A DNA stretch of 64,000 nt from an uncultured delta proteobacterium. GTDB taxonomy: Bacteria > Desulfobacterota > Zymogenia > Zymogenales > Zymogenaceae. Location: assembly GCA_963735595.1 (NCBI GenBank), contig CAVTLK010000004.1, positions 544,313 through 608,312 of the forward strand. The letters run 5' to 3'. Every line of letters starts with the position of its first letter. Position 1 is the first letter of the stretch. The translations under genes and the position numbers were made by a program. Of this stretch, positions 1 through 9,668 are shown piece after piece. The notes under the pieces were generated by a model. The model did no database searches and was not told the DNA's origin. It saw nothing but the letters and a program-made list of their open reading frames with translations.

Positions 1-439
1 CGCTCATGGTCGTGCGGATGGACGCCGTTCGGCGCGTGGGGGGGCTCGACGAGGACTACTTTTTCTTCCTCGAGGAGACCGATTGGTGCCTGAGGATGAA
101 GCGGGCCGGGATGCGGGTAGTGGTCGTGCCGAAGGCGCGCATCATCCACGACCAGGGGAAAACCGCGAAGCGGTACCCGCTCAGGGCCAAGGTGGAATAT
201 TACCGCTCGCTGGTTACCTTCATGGAGAAGAACCGCGGACGATTTCTACCGAGCGGTCTTTGTTGGAGGACTCGTGATCCGGTTCAGCGTGGATATTCTG
301 CTGCAGGCGCTGTATGTGCTGTGTTACCCTGTTTATTGCCCGGAGTCCCCGGGAGCGATGCAAGCGGTATGCGGGCCTCCTCGTATGGGTCCTCCTGGGG
401 CGGCCCGCCTCATGGGGACTTTCCGGTATCAATCAGTAG
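1..439 (+). CDS. Glycosyltransferase family 2 protein, C-terminal part (5'-truncated by window; apparent indels near 245-260 and 350)
   Basis: VGGLDEDYFFFLEETDWCLRMKRAG..IIH motif typical of GT2 (WbbL-like); the sensible reading continues across frames to TAG 437-439. Confidence 0.75.
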
Positions 440-448
440 CGGAGACGT

Positions 449-1486
449 GTGCCAATGGACCAGTTATACCCGACGATAGACATGATTGGCTGTATCGACC
501 GGTTCGGTGAGGCGGGGGTCCTCGTCGTAGGGGACGTCATGGTCGATGAGTTCGTCTGGGGAAGAGTGGAGCGGATATCCCCCGAGGCGCCGGTCCCGGT
601 TGTGGAGGTTCAGCGTGAGGCGCTGCTGTTGGGCGGCGGCGCAAACGTTGTCAATAATATTCGGGCGCTGGGCGGCCGTGTTTTCCTGGCCGGCGTCGTG
701 GGTAAGGACGCGATGGGCGGCCACCTCATCGACGAGCTGGCCAAGATCGGGGTTGCGCCGGACGGGATCGTAACGCTCTCGGACCGACCCACTACCATCA
801 AGACACGCGTGATAGCCCACCATCAGCAGGTCGTTCGAGTTGACCGTGAAAGACGCATAAAGATCGACAAGGAGACGACCGACAGGATCATCGGGTATGC
901 CCGGTCTCTCGGCACACAGATCCGCGCCATTATTATCTCCGACTACGGGAAGGGGGTCATCAACGAGCGTCTCGTCTCCGGCCTTGTCGATTACGCCGCA
1001 AAGAACGACCTGATCGTCTCGGTCGACCCGAAAGTGGAAAACTTCTCGATATACAGGAACGTGACCGTTATCACTCCCAACCACCACGAGGCCGCCAGCG
1101 GAGTCCACCACAAGATTGTCGATGACGAGAGCCTCCTGGCTACCGGAAGACTCATACTCTCCAGGCTCGGCTGTAAAAACGTCATCATTACCCGTGGAGA
1201 GGACGGGATGACCCTCTTCGAGGCGCCGGGCGGTATCGTCCACATCCCGACGGTGGCGCGCGAGGTCTTTGATGTGACCGGCGCCGGGGATACCGTTATA
1301 TCGACGCTGACGCTGGCGCTGGCAGCCGGCGCCGGCATGCGGGATGCCGCGGTTATCTCCAACTACGCCGCAGGCATCGTCGTGGGTAAGGTTGGAACGG
1401 CAGTCACTACCGCCGGGGAACTAAAGGAAGAAATACGGCGCGCTATCGACGCCAAGGAAAGGCCCGGCGCACCGGGCAGGTCATAA
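449..1486 (+). CDS. hldA: D-glycero-beta-D-manno-heptose-7-phosphate kinase (RfaE domain I)
   Basis: VGDVMVDEFVWGRVERISPEAPVPV, GGGANV, SDYGKG, VDPK, DVTGAGDT PfkB/RfaE motifs; start GTG 449 or ATG 455. Confidence 0.93.
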   Translation: MPMDQLYPTIDMIGCIDRFGEAGVLVVGDVMVDEFVWGRVERISPEAPVPVVEVQREALLLGGGANVVNNIRALGGRVFLAGVVGKDAMGGHLIDELAKIGVAPDGIVTLSDRPTTIKTRVIAHHQQVVRVDRERRIKIDKETTDRIIGYARSLGTQIRAIIISDYGKGVINERLVSGLVDYAAKNDLIVSVDPKVENFSIYRNVTVITPNHHEAASGVHHKIVDDESLLATGRLILSRLGCKNVIITRGEDGMTLFEAPGGIVHIPTVAREVFDVTGAGDTVISTLTLALAAGAGMRDAAVISNYAAGIVVGKVGTAVTTAGELKEEIRRAIDAKERPGAPGRS

Positions 1487-1536
1487 GGCGACGGGATATC
1501 CCGATCGCAGACAGTAACAAGGGAGACGGTGACTGT

Positions 1537-2419
1537 ATGAAGACAGTCTGTTCGATGACCGGATACGGCGAAGGGACGTGGGATTCAAGCGAGGCGACCT
1601 ATCTGCTCGTTGCCAAGTCGCTCAATCACCGGTTCTTGGAGACGCGGGTAAAGCTCCCGCCGAAATACGATGCATGGGAATTCGAGATACAGCGAAAGAT
1701 CAAGGAGCGCTTTGACCGGGGACGAATAGACCTCGTGGTCACGGAGGCGGCGGGGCAGCAGAAGAAGACGATGCCGGCCATGGATCTTGATCTGGCCGCC
1801 CGGTACGTTGAACTGATGAACGCGCTCAAGGACGACCTCTCGCTTCCCGGAGAGGTGAACCTGGATATCGTCTGCCGGATGCGGGATGTCATCTATCAGT
1901 CGGCGCCGACACTCGATATGCAGAACGCCTGGGCAGAGTTTGAGCCGATTCTCGAAGGGGTTTTAGAGCGGCTGGAAAAGAGCCGCGCCCAGGAAGGGGA
2001 GGCGCTGTCGGCCGACCTCATGGGACGGCTGGAACACCTGCGGCAGATCAGCTGCGGCCGTCGAGAAAGAGGCCCCCGGGATGATCACGCACTTTCGGGA
2101 GCGATTGATCGGGCGGATCAAGGAACTTTCCGACGACCGCCTCAACGTCGACCGGATCGAGGAGGAGGTGGTGATCTTCTCCGATCGCGTCGACTTTACC
2201 GAGGAGTTGGTCAGGCTTACGGCCCATGTCGGCGCGTTCGGCCGGACGATTGAGGCCGGCGGACCGATGGGAAGGAAGCTCGACTTCCTGCTCCAGGAGA
2301 TGGGACGCGAGATCAACACGATCGGCAACAAAAACGTGAGCTCGGATATCTCCGAGCAGGTCGTTTCAGCGAAGGTGGAGCTTGAAAAGATGAGGCAGCA
2401 GGTTCAAAATATCGAGTAG
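1537..2419 (+). CDS. yicC: YicC/YloC family endoribonuclease (one apparent +1 indel near 2050)
   Basis: SMTGYG N-terminus, SLNHRF, RGRID; C-terminal GRKLDFLLQEMGREINTIG..EKMRQQVQNIE in second frame. Confidence 0.9.
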
Positions 2420-2428
2420 GACTGGCAC

Positions 2429-2701
2429 ATGGAATTAAAGCTATTGAGTCTCGGGTTCGGAAACTCCGTCATCGTCAGCCGGATCGTCGCGGTCCTTTCC
2501 CCCGATTCATCGCCGATGAAACGGCTCAAAGACGAGGCAAAAGGCAAGGGCCTCTTGATAGACGCAACTCACGGCAGGAAGACGCGCTCCATCATCATCA
2601 CCGATTCGCATCATGTCATCCTTTCGGCGGTGCAGTCCGACACGATTGCCCAGCGCCTGGCCGCCGACGACCGGACCGAAAAGAAGTGGGGCGCACAGTA
2701 G
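2429..2701 (+). CDS. remA: DUF370/RemA family protein
   Basis: [48 protein letters not shown]; conserved yicC-remA-gmk order. Confidence 0.9.
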   Translation: MELKLLSLGFGNSVIVSRIVAVLSPDSSPMKRLKDEAKGKGLLIDATHGRKTRSIIITDSHHVILSAVQSDTIAQRLAADDRTEKKWGAQ

Positions 2702-2733
2702 CGCCCGAGGCAACCGGGGGAATACCGAGTACC

Positions 2734-3367
2734 ATGAACCAACCGATTACCGATACGCCACAAACGGGGATCGCCTTTATCCTCTCGGCGCCGTCCGGCG
2801 CGGGGAAGACGACGATTGCCCGTGAGGCGGTCAATAGGATCGGGAAAATCCGCATCAGCGTCAGCCACACCACCAGGAGGCCGCGACCGCGCGAGACCGA
2901 CGGAACGGATTACCACTTCGTTACCTCCGAGCGTTTTACCCTGATGCAGGACGAGGGGGCGTTTCTCGAGGCGGCATGACGTCCACGGCAACTGGTACGG
3001 CACCCACGAGGGAGAGGTGCTTCCGTATATTTCCGCAGGTACCGACGTGATCCTGGATATCGACGTCCAGGGGGCGCTGATCATCAGGGAGAAGATCAAC
3101 GCGGTGCTCATCTTCATCCTCCCCCCGAGCATGGAAGAGCTGATGCGCAGGCTCAGGGTTCGTGATACCGAGGAGCAGGACGCGATAAAACGCCGGATTG
3201 AAAACGCCCGCCGTGAGATCTCCCAGGCATCATACTACGACTACCTGGTGATCAACGACGATTTCTCCCGGGCAGTGGCTGACGTTACAACCATCATCGG
3301 AGCCGCCAGGATGGGTATGGTCCGTAACCGCGAGGTTATCGATGAGTTCATCAAGAACAACAAATAG
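2734..3367 (+). CDS. gmk: Guanylate kinase (apparent +1 indel near 2975)
   Basis: SAPSGAGKTT P-loop, SVSHTTRRPR..E.DG.DYHFV, then VHGNWYGT..LDIDVQGA..IFILPPS in the next frame. Confidence 0.92.
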
Positions 3368-4069
3368 CGGCCCGCGAAAAGATCGAATCATCGTCGCGCT
3401 GGATCAGGAAGACCTGGCCGCGGCGCAAAGGCTCGTGAAGTCGCTTTCCGGCCTCATCTCCTTTTTCAAGGTGGGCAGCGAGCTGTTTTCGGCCGCCGGT
3501 CCCGACGCCGTCAGGATGGTGCGTGACGGCGGGGCGGAGGTATTCCTCGATCTCAAGTATCACGACATCCCCAACACGGTCTCGCGGGCGGTGCGGAGCT
3601 GCGGCCGGCCTCGGGGTTTCGCTCGTAAACGTCCATACGCTGGGCGGTGTCCAGATGATGCGGGCGGCGGCCGACTCGGCGCGCGAAATAGATCCCCGAT
3701 ACCCGCGTTATCGGCGTCACGGTATTGACCTCCATGGACGCAACCGACCTGTTGCGGGTGGGTATCGACGACGCGCCCGAGGAGGCGGTTGTGAGGCTGG
3801 CGCGGCTGGCGCGCGAGGCGGGTCTTGCCGGCGTGGTATCGTCCGCCCGGGAGGTGGCGCGGCTCCGGGAGGAGTTCGGTCCCGGTTTTATCCTCATGAC
3901 CCCCGGCATCAGGCCCGCGGGCGCAGACGTGGGCGACCAGAAACGGATCGTGACGCCGCGCGAGGCCTTCGAGGCCGGCGCGGACTATATCGTGGTGGGA
4001 AGGCCGATCGCGGCGGCGCCCGACCCGCGGGCGGCGGCCGAATCGATTATCGAGGAGATCGGGGAGTAA
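3342..4069 (+). CDS. pyrF: Orotidine-5'-phosphate decarboxylase (apparent indels near 3597 and ~3700)
   Basis: IIVALD, FKVG, FLDLKYHDIPNTV, VLTSMD, TPGIRP, DQKR, YIVVGRPI motifs split over three frames. Confidence 0.92.
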
Positions 4070-4130
4070 GCGGCGCGACCCACAGTATCCGTCGCGATCG
4101 TCCATTCCAAAGAACTACGCCATATATATA

Positions 4131-4223
4131 GTCATTGCGAGGAGGCCGTCAGGCCGACGCGGCAATCCCCGTGATTGCCAGGAGGCCGTGGACTCGGCAA
4201 TGCGCTTCGGCGCCCGCGAAGGA
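4131..4223. repeat. Palindromic GTCATTGCGAG...GCAATC intergenic repeat plus a degenerate tandem copy
   Basis: GTCATTGCGAGGAGGCCGTCAGGCCGACGCGGCAATC (4131-4167) nearly equals the reverse complement of 63730-63765; decayed copy at 4171-4202. Confidence 0.75.
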
Positions 4224-4271
4224 CGGCATTGACAAGTGAAACCTGCCAGTATTCTTGAATCTCGTGGCCTT

Positions 4272-4924
4272 CTATCGCAGTGACTTAACGAACACCAGCG
4301 TCCTGACTGTCGGCGGGGACTTCTTTTCCCAGAGCTTGGTGGGGAGCTCCTTGAAGACGGTGAAGCCCTCCTTGCGGTAAAAGGGGAGGGCCTTTTTGTT
4401 CTCGGTGGAGGTGACCAGGTGCACGCCCGGGCGCGCCGGCCGCGCGCATCGAGTCTAAGAACCGCGCCATGAGGCGGCCGCCGAGGCCCTGCCGCTGATA
4501 CTCGGGCAAGACGTTCATGTGCAGGTGGGCGGGGAATTTCGTGACAAGGTCTTCGGTGAAGAGCTCCTTTTCGTACTCGGCGTGATCGGTAAGGCCCAAC
4601 AGAAACAGGACGTCGCCCGGATGGCGGAAGAGCGTCCGGGTGAACGCGCGCCTGATGATCCGGGGGACGATGAGGCGGTCAAACGCCTCACGCTGCGCCC
4701 CGGTGTCGGCTGACCCGATGATGTAGCCGACGGCCTTTCCGTTGTCGTCGGCCACGAAAGCAGTGCTCCGGCTCATAGTCGAGATAGTAGGCGGCAAAGA
4801 GGAGGCCGAAGAGCTCGGCGTCCTTGAAATAGGGCGCCGCGTCTTCACCGAAATAGCCGGTCCGGTGGCAGATCGTGACGACGGCGTCCCGGTCCCTTTT
4901 CTCGTATCTCCTGATTTCGACCAT
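4272..4924 (-). CDS. GNAT family N-acetyltransferase (apparent indels near 4757 and 4430)
   Basis: MVEIRRYE..ICHRTG..YYLDYEPE..VGYIIG..FPAHLHMNVLPEYQRQGLGGRLM..VHL..N..A..FY...GF; TAG at 4274-4272. Confidence 0.85.
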
Positions 4925-5017
4925 GACGCGAGTATACGAGATATCTCCCCGGAAGGCAACGGGGATATTTTGGAGCTCCTGGACCGGGGTACCCGCCCCA
5001 ATATTTACATATTATAA

Positions 5018-5047
5018 TTGACTTATTGCCGGAAATATGATAATAAT
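5018..5047 (+). promoter_or_regulatory. Putative sigma70 promoter of the Hint-domain gene
   Basis: TTGACT (5018-5023) followed 15-18 nt later by AT-rich TGATAATAAT; SD AAAGGAGG at 5062-5069. Confidence 0.4.
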
Positions 5048-5074
5048 GGTAGCCTATCATCAAAGGAGGCTGCT

Positions 5075-5867
5075 ATGAAGAGACGTAGTCTTTTATCGGT
5101 CGTCTTTGCGCTATCTTTTCTCCTTGTCCTTTCGCTCTCGGCGGGCGCCGTCGAGGGGATTCTGGTCGGCCCGGAAGGTCTGCCGCTGGAGGGGTTCTCG
5201 AATGTCTACATCATCGACGGCAAGCCCCAGCCGGTCTATAATTTTGCGGAACACACGTGGTACGACGTCTTCATCGTCGGAACGGACGAAAACGGGGTGC
5301 CGATCTGCAACGTTGCCCCGGACCCGTCCGACAACCAGGAACAGGGACGCGATAAGGGGAACCAAAGGAGATTCGAGTGCTTCTCCGGCACCACACTCGT
5401 GCTGATGGCCGACGGCTCGGCGAAGATGATCAAGGATATCGCAATCGGCGAGAAGGTCATGGGATACGATCTGGCTGCCGGGCGGCTTTACCTCGTGCGA
5501 GGTGGTCGACAACTACCCGACGGTCAAGAGCGACTATTACATCCTCAACGGCCTGAAGGTCACGGCGGGCCACCCGTTCTACGCCAGGAACTTCGGCCCC
5601 ACCCCGGCGAGCCTCGGGCCGGCTCCGGTAACGACCGTCATGACCCAGGACCTGAAGCCATACGCGACGCTCTACGGTTTCAACCCGGCGAAGGACTCAG
5701 GGCTCAAGAAGATCACCCTCACCTCCGTTATCCATGTCAGCGAGCCCGGGACGTTCTATAACCTCCAGGTGGACGGGACCAGGAATTTCTTCGTGTCGCC
5801 GGACGGAAAGGTATTTGTCGTGGCCGGCGTGAAAATTAAATTTAGTGTACTAACAAGAGCAATCTGA
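5075..5867 (+). CDS. Secreted protein: signal peptide + ~76-aa N-domain + C-terminal Hint (Hedgehog/intein-like) domain (apparent +1 indel near 5486)
   Basis: MKRR+hydrophobic+AGA signal; Hint block A CFSGTTLVLMADG (Cys codon 5378), block B TAGHPF, block F YNLQVDGTRNFFV. Confidence 0.85.
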
Positions 5868-5879
5868 ATGAACCTTCCG

Positions 5880-5919
5880 ACAGAGTCCCCGCCCCCGGGC
5901 GGGGACTCTGTTCTTTTCT
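5880..5919 (+). terminator. Intrinsic terminator
   Basis: ACAGAGTCCCCGCC / GGCGGGGACTCTGT perfect stem followed by TCTTTTCT. Confidence 0.85.
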
Positions 5920-6089
5920 AAAAAGGCGCTGTGACCGGCTCGTACAACAGGCATTTACGTCGAAAGCCTCGGGATCCGATCGTGGACGTTCGATCGGTCC
6001 GCGGTTTGTGCCTAATCCCGCGTGGCTCGTGAGAGCCGGCCGTCGGCACGACATTTTCGCCCCTGCCTCAAAATAATTTCAGAAATATC

Positions 6090-6118
6090 TTGACATTTCC
6101 GTCGTTTTTCTACACAAT
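6090..6118 (+). promoter_or_regulatory. sigma70 promoter of tRNA-tuf operon
   Basis: TTGACA-17 nt-CACAAT with AT-rich upstream tract, 22 nt before the first tRNA. Confidence 0.7.
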
Positions 6119-6140
6119 AGTAATTTTAGATTGCCAGATT

Positions 6141-6216
6141 GCTGGCGTAGCTCAACTGGTAGAGCAGCTGATTTGTAATCAGCAGGTTGCGGGTTCGAGT
6201 CCCATCGCCAGCTCCA
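6141..6216 (+). tRNA. tRNA-Thr(TGT)
   Basis: Cloverleaf GCTGGCG../CGCCAGC, anticodon arm GCTGA-TTTGTAA-TCAGC, TTCGA T-loop, encoded CCA. Confidence 0.97.
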
Positions 6217-6248
6217 TTGAGCGTTCCGTGTTCTTTGATAGTAATACC

Positions 6249-6333
<85 letters not shown>

Positions 6334-6344
6334 TAGCAAGAAAC

Positions 6345-6420
6345 GCGGGAATAGCTCAGTGGCTAGAGCGTCAGCCTTCCAAGCTGAGGGTCGCGGGTTC
6401 GAATCCCGTTTCCCGCTCCA
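6345..6420 (+). tRNA. tRNA-Gly(TCC)
   Basis: GCGGGAA acceptor, TCAGC-CTTCCAA-GCTGA, CCA. Confidence 0.97.
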
Positions 6421-6433
6421 GGTCGCAGCGGCG

Positions 6434-6509
6434 GCCCACGTAGCTCAGTCGGTGGAGCACTTCCTTGGTAAGGAAGAGGTCCCCGGTTCAAGTCCGGGCG
6501 TGGGCTCCA
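6434..6509 (+). tRNA. tRNA-Thr(GGT)
   Basis: GCCCACG acceptor, CTTCC-TTGGTAA-GGAAG, CCA; canonical Thr-Tyr-Gly-Thr-tuf order. Confidence 0.96.
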
Positions 6510-6557
6510 TACAAACATATTTATAAAATATAGGCCTTTTCGTGGAGGGACAGTCAT

Positions 6558-7758
6558 ATGGCAAAGAAGAAGTTTGAGCGGACGAAGCCGCACGTGAACG
6601 TTGGGACGATCGGTCACATTGACCACGGCAAGACGACGTTGACGGCGGCGATTACGCGTGTGCTGGCGGCGCAGGGCAAGGGTTTTGCGGATTACGTACC
6701 GTTTGACCAGATTGACAAGGCGCCGGAGGAGAAGGAGCGCGGTATCACGATTGCGACGGCGCACGTGGAGTACTCAGACGGAGAAGCGGCACTATGCGCA
6801 CGTGGACTGTCCCGGGCACGCGGACTATATCAAGAACATGATTACGGGCGCGGCGCAGATGGACGGTGCGATTTTGGTTGTTGGCGCCAACGACGGTCCG
6901 ATGCCTCAGACGCGGGAGCACATATTGCTGGCGCGGCAGGTTGGCGTTCCGTACATGGTGGTATTTTTAAACAAGGTTGACATGGTTGACGATCCGGAGC
7001 TGATCGAGCTGGTAGAGCTGGAGCTTCGGGAGTTGTTGACTGCGTACGAGTTTCCGGGTGAGGAGATACCGATCATTCGGGGCAGTGCGTTGAAGGCATT
7101 GGAGAGCGGTGATCCGAATAGTCCGGACACGAAGTGCATATTCGAGTTACTGGACGCATTGGACAGCTACATTCCGGTGCCGGAGCGTCCGGTTGATAAG
7201 CCCTTCCTGATGCCGATCGAGGACGTATTTTCGATTTCGGGACGTGGGACGGTTGTGACGGGCCGTATTGACCGGGGTATTGTAAAGACGGGCGAGGAGG
7301 TAGAGATTGTTGGTATTCGTCCGACGGTCAAGACGGTATGCACGGGCGTGGAGATGTTCAGGAAGACGCTGGACGAGGGCCGCGCGGGGGACAACGTTGG
7401 GGTATTGCTGCGGGGCACGAAGCGGGACGATGTAGAGCGTGGGCAGGTTGTGGCCAAGCCGGGCAGCATCAAGCCGCACAAGAAGTTCAAGGCGTCGGTA
7501 TATATATTGACGAAGGAAGAGGGTGGTCGCCACACGCCGTTTTTCCCCGGGTATCGTCCGCAGTTTTATTTTCGGACGACTGACGTGACGGGAGTGTGCA
7601 CGTTGCCTGAGGGGACGGAGATGGTGATGCCGGGGGATAACACGAATTTGGCCATTGAGTTGATCACGCCGATCGCGATGGAGAAAGAGCTTCGATTCGC
7701 GATTCGCGAGGGCGGCAGGACCGTGGGCGCCGGCGTCGTCAGCGACATCATGGAGTAA
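6558..7758 (+). CDS. tuf: Elongation factor Tu, copy 1 (apparent +1 indel at ~6774-6776)
   Basis: [21 protein letters not shown]; near-identical to intact copy at 23374. Confidence 0.95.
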
Positions 7759-7767
7759 GGCGATACC

Positions 7768-7917
7768 ATGAGAGATATCATTATGCTTGCCTGCACGGAA
7801 TGCAAGCAGAGAAACTATTCGACGACGAAAAACAAGAAGAGGACTCCGGACCGGCTCGAATTTAAGAAATATTGCAGATTCTGCAAGACGCATACGCCGC
7901 ACAAGGAGACCAAATAA
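7768..7917 (+). CDS. rpmG: 50S ribosomal protein L33 (Zn-ribbon type, 49 aa; not in ORF track)
   Basis: Manual translation [49 protein letters not shown]. Confidence 0.96.
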   Translation: MRDIIMLACTECKQRNYSTTKNKKRTPDRLEFKKYCRFCKTHTPHKETK

Positions 7918-7935
7918 CAGGCTCGATTGTTCAAC

Positions 7936-8012
7936 AGGCCAGTAGCTCTAACGGTTAGAGCACCGGACTCCAAATCCGGGTGCTGGGGGTTCGAATCCCT
8001 CCTGGCCTGCCA
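7936..8012 (+). tRNA. tRNA-Trp(CCA)
   Basis: AGGCCAG acceptor, CCGGA-CTCCAAA-TCCGG, CCA; rpmG-trnW-secE order. Confidence 0.96.
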
Positions 8013-8073
8013 TTGACTTACAGTAAGGGGAACGGTTTTTCCAAAACGGTCGTTTCCCGTATGTGATATACAA

Positions 8074-8271
8074 ATGAAAGATACCTGGGAAAAGATACTT
8101 CAGTTCTTTCGTGAGGTGCGGGTCGAAATCAAGAAGGTCACCTGGCCGACTCGAAAGGAAACCATCGCGTCCACGATCGTCGTCTTGATAACGACAATTA
8201 TCATCGGGGCCTTCCTGGGGATAGTAGATTTCTTCCTCTCGACAGGCGTAGAGAAGATCCTGACGGGCTAA
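8074..8271 (+). CDS. secE: Preprotein translocase SecE
   Basis: FFREVRVEIKKVTWPTRKE + single TM. Confidence 0.96.
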   Translation: MKDTWEKILQFFREVRVEIKKVTWPTRKETIASTIVVLITTIIIGAFLGIVDFFLSTGVEKILTG

Positions 8272-8284
8272 CGATGATGTGAAA

Positions 8285-8640
8285 GGGCTCATCCCCGCTG
8301 CTGAAGGTACGGTAATGCAGGGCGGTTGGGGACGGCCCGGCGAAGATCAGGTTCGGCGGATCAGCCGTTTTCCCGGGTACCGGAAATATCCGTGAGACGG
8401 ACGGCCCGCCGCGTAAGGCGACCAGAGGTAATTCGTAGGTGGGACGGCATCCCTTGAGATGCTCGATATAGAGAATAGAGACTACCGGCGCGAACCCGAT
8501 GCCCTCGCAACAAACGGTGCAAGGGATGAGAGGGATTTTTGCCGTCTGCAAACCGGGATACCGAAGAGGGTGATACCCGGCAAAAGGCGGAAGGCATCGT
8601 AAGGACGCCGATTAGGAGCGGCCGGAAGTCAAACGTCCCA
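8285..8640 (+). ncRNA. Candidate structured RNA filling the secE-nusG spacer
   Basis: No + strand ORF; many nested complementary helices visible by eye (see findings); strand assumed from operon. Confidence 0.45.
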
Positions 8641-8677
8641 AATATATAATTGACAGAATAAGTACGAATGACGATAC

Positions 8678-9208
8678 ATGGCACATAAATGGTATATAGT
8701 CCATACATACTCGGGATATGAGCAGACCGCAAAATCCGCCCTCGAAGCGCGCGTCAGGTCAATGAGTAAAGAAGACGAGATCATCGAGGTAATGGTTCCC
8801 GCGGAAAAAGTGGTGGAGATGGTCAAGGGTGAAAAGCGGACGACTATGCGCAAGTTCTTCCCCGGCTATATGCTCGTCAAAATGGAGCTGAACGAGGAGA
8901 CTTGGCACATCGTCCGTAACACCCCTAAGGTGACCGGTTTTGTCGGAGGTTCTACCCGTCCACCCGCCCTGACCGATAGGGAAGTGGAAGAGATTCTGAA
9001 GCAGATGGAGGACGGGTCCACCAAGCCCAAGCCGAAGGTGACCTTTGAGAAGGGGGACGTCATTACCGTTACCGACGGACCCTTTGCGACGTTCACCGGA
9101 AGCGTGGATGAAGTCTATCCCGATAAGGGGAAGGTAAAGGTGATGGTGTCTATATTCGGGAGAGCCACACCGGTAGAATTAGAATTTTTTCAGGTGAAGA
9201 AGGGATAG
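8678..9208 (+). CDS. nusG: Transcription antitermination factor NusG
   Basis: WYIVHTYSGYE, FFPGY, TPKVTGFVG, KOW GPF..F.G.V. Confidence 0.98.
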   Translation: MAHKWYIVHTYSGYEQTAKSALEARVRSMSKEDEIIEVMVPAEKVVEMVKGEKRTTMRKFFPGYMLVKMELNEETWHIVRNTPKVTGFVGGSTRPPALTDREVEEILKQMEDGSTKPKPKVTFEKGDVITVTDGPFATFTGSVDEVYPDKGKVKVMVSIFGRATPVELEFFQVKKG

Positions 9209-9223
9209 AGAAAAGGAGTCGCT

Positions 9224-9649
9224 ATGGCAAAGAAGATCACGGGAATGATAAAACTTCAGATACCGGCCGGGCAGGCGACACCGTCGCCTCCGGTTGGACC
9301 CGCGCTCGGTCAGCACGGCGTAAATATCATGGAGTTCTGCAAGATATTCAACGCGAGAACCCAGGCTCAGCCGGGGATGATTATCCCGGTGGTGATTACC
9401 GTTTACGCGGATCGTTCGTTCTCATTTATCACCAAAACCCCTCCGGCGGCGATTCTGATCAAGAAGGCCGTGGGGATCGTCAAAGGGAGCGGCACGCCGA
9501 ATAAGGAAAAGGTGGGAACAATCACCAAAAGCCAGATCGAGGAAATCGCAAGGACGAAGCTTCCCGATCTCAATGCCGTAGACCTGCCCGGGGCGGTGCA
9601 CATTATTGAAGGCACCGCGCGGAGCATGGGAATAGATATTGTGGAATAA
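9224..9649 (+). CDS. rplK: 50S ribosomal protein L11
   Basis: [24 protein letters not shown]. Confidence 0.98.
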   Translation: MAKKITGMIKLQIPAGQATPSPPVGPALGQHGVNIMEFCKIFNARTQAQPGMIIPVVITVYADRSFSFITKTPPAAILIKKAVGIVKGSGTPNKEKVGTITKSQIEEIARTKLPDLNAVDLPGAVHIIEGTARSMGIDIVE

Positions 9650-9668
9650 GTAAAACCGGAGAGTTGAA

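Noticed and set aside
2977..2979. TGA in gmk as selenocysteine or readthrough
   Set aside because: The downstream conserved sequence is in a different frame, so this is an indel
1537..4069. yicC, gmk, pyrF (also rluD, pgeF, tuf copy 1) as pseudogenes or programmed frameshifts
   Set aside because: All motifs are intact on both sides of each shift, gmk is normally essential, no slippery sites are evident and shifts cluster regionally; sequencing error is more parsimonious
5378..5867. Hint domain as a true splicing intein
   Set aside because: No terminal His-Asn followed by Cys/Ser/Thr, no C-extein, no endonuclease, and the host is not a conserved protein
6447..6458. G instead of the usual A21 in the tRNA-Thr(GGT) D-loop
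   Set aside because: Single base in an error-rich region; cannot be separated from a sequencing error
8272..8677. secE-nusG spacer as RNase P RNA, tmRNA, SRP RNA or group II intron
   Set aside because: No GAGGAAAGTCC, no tRNA-like ends, no SRP helix-8 signature and no GTGCG/domain V pattern recognised
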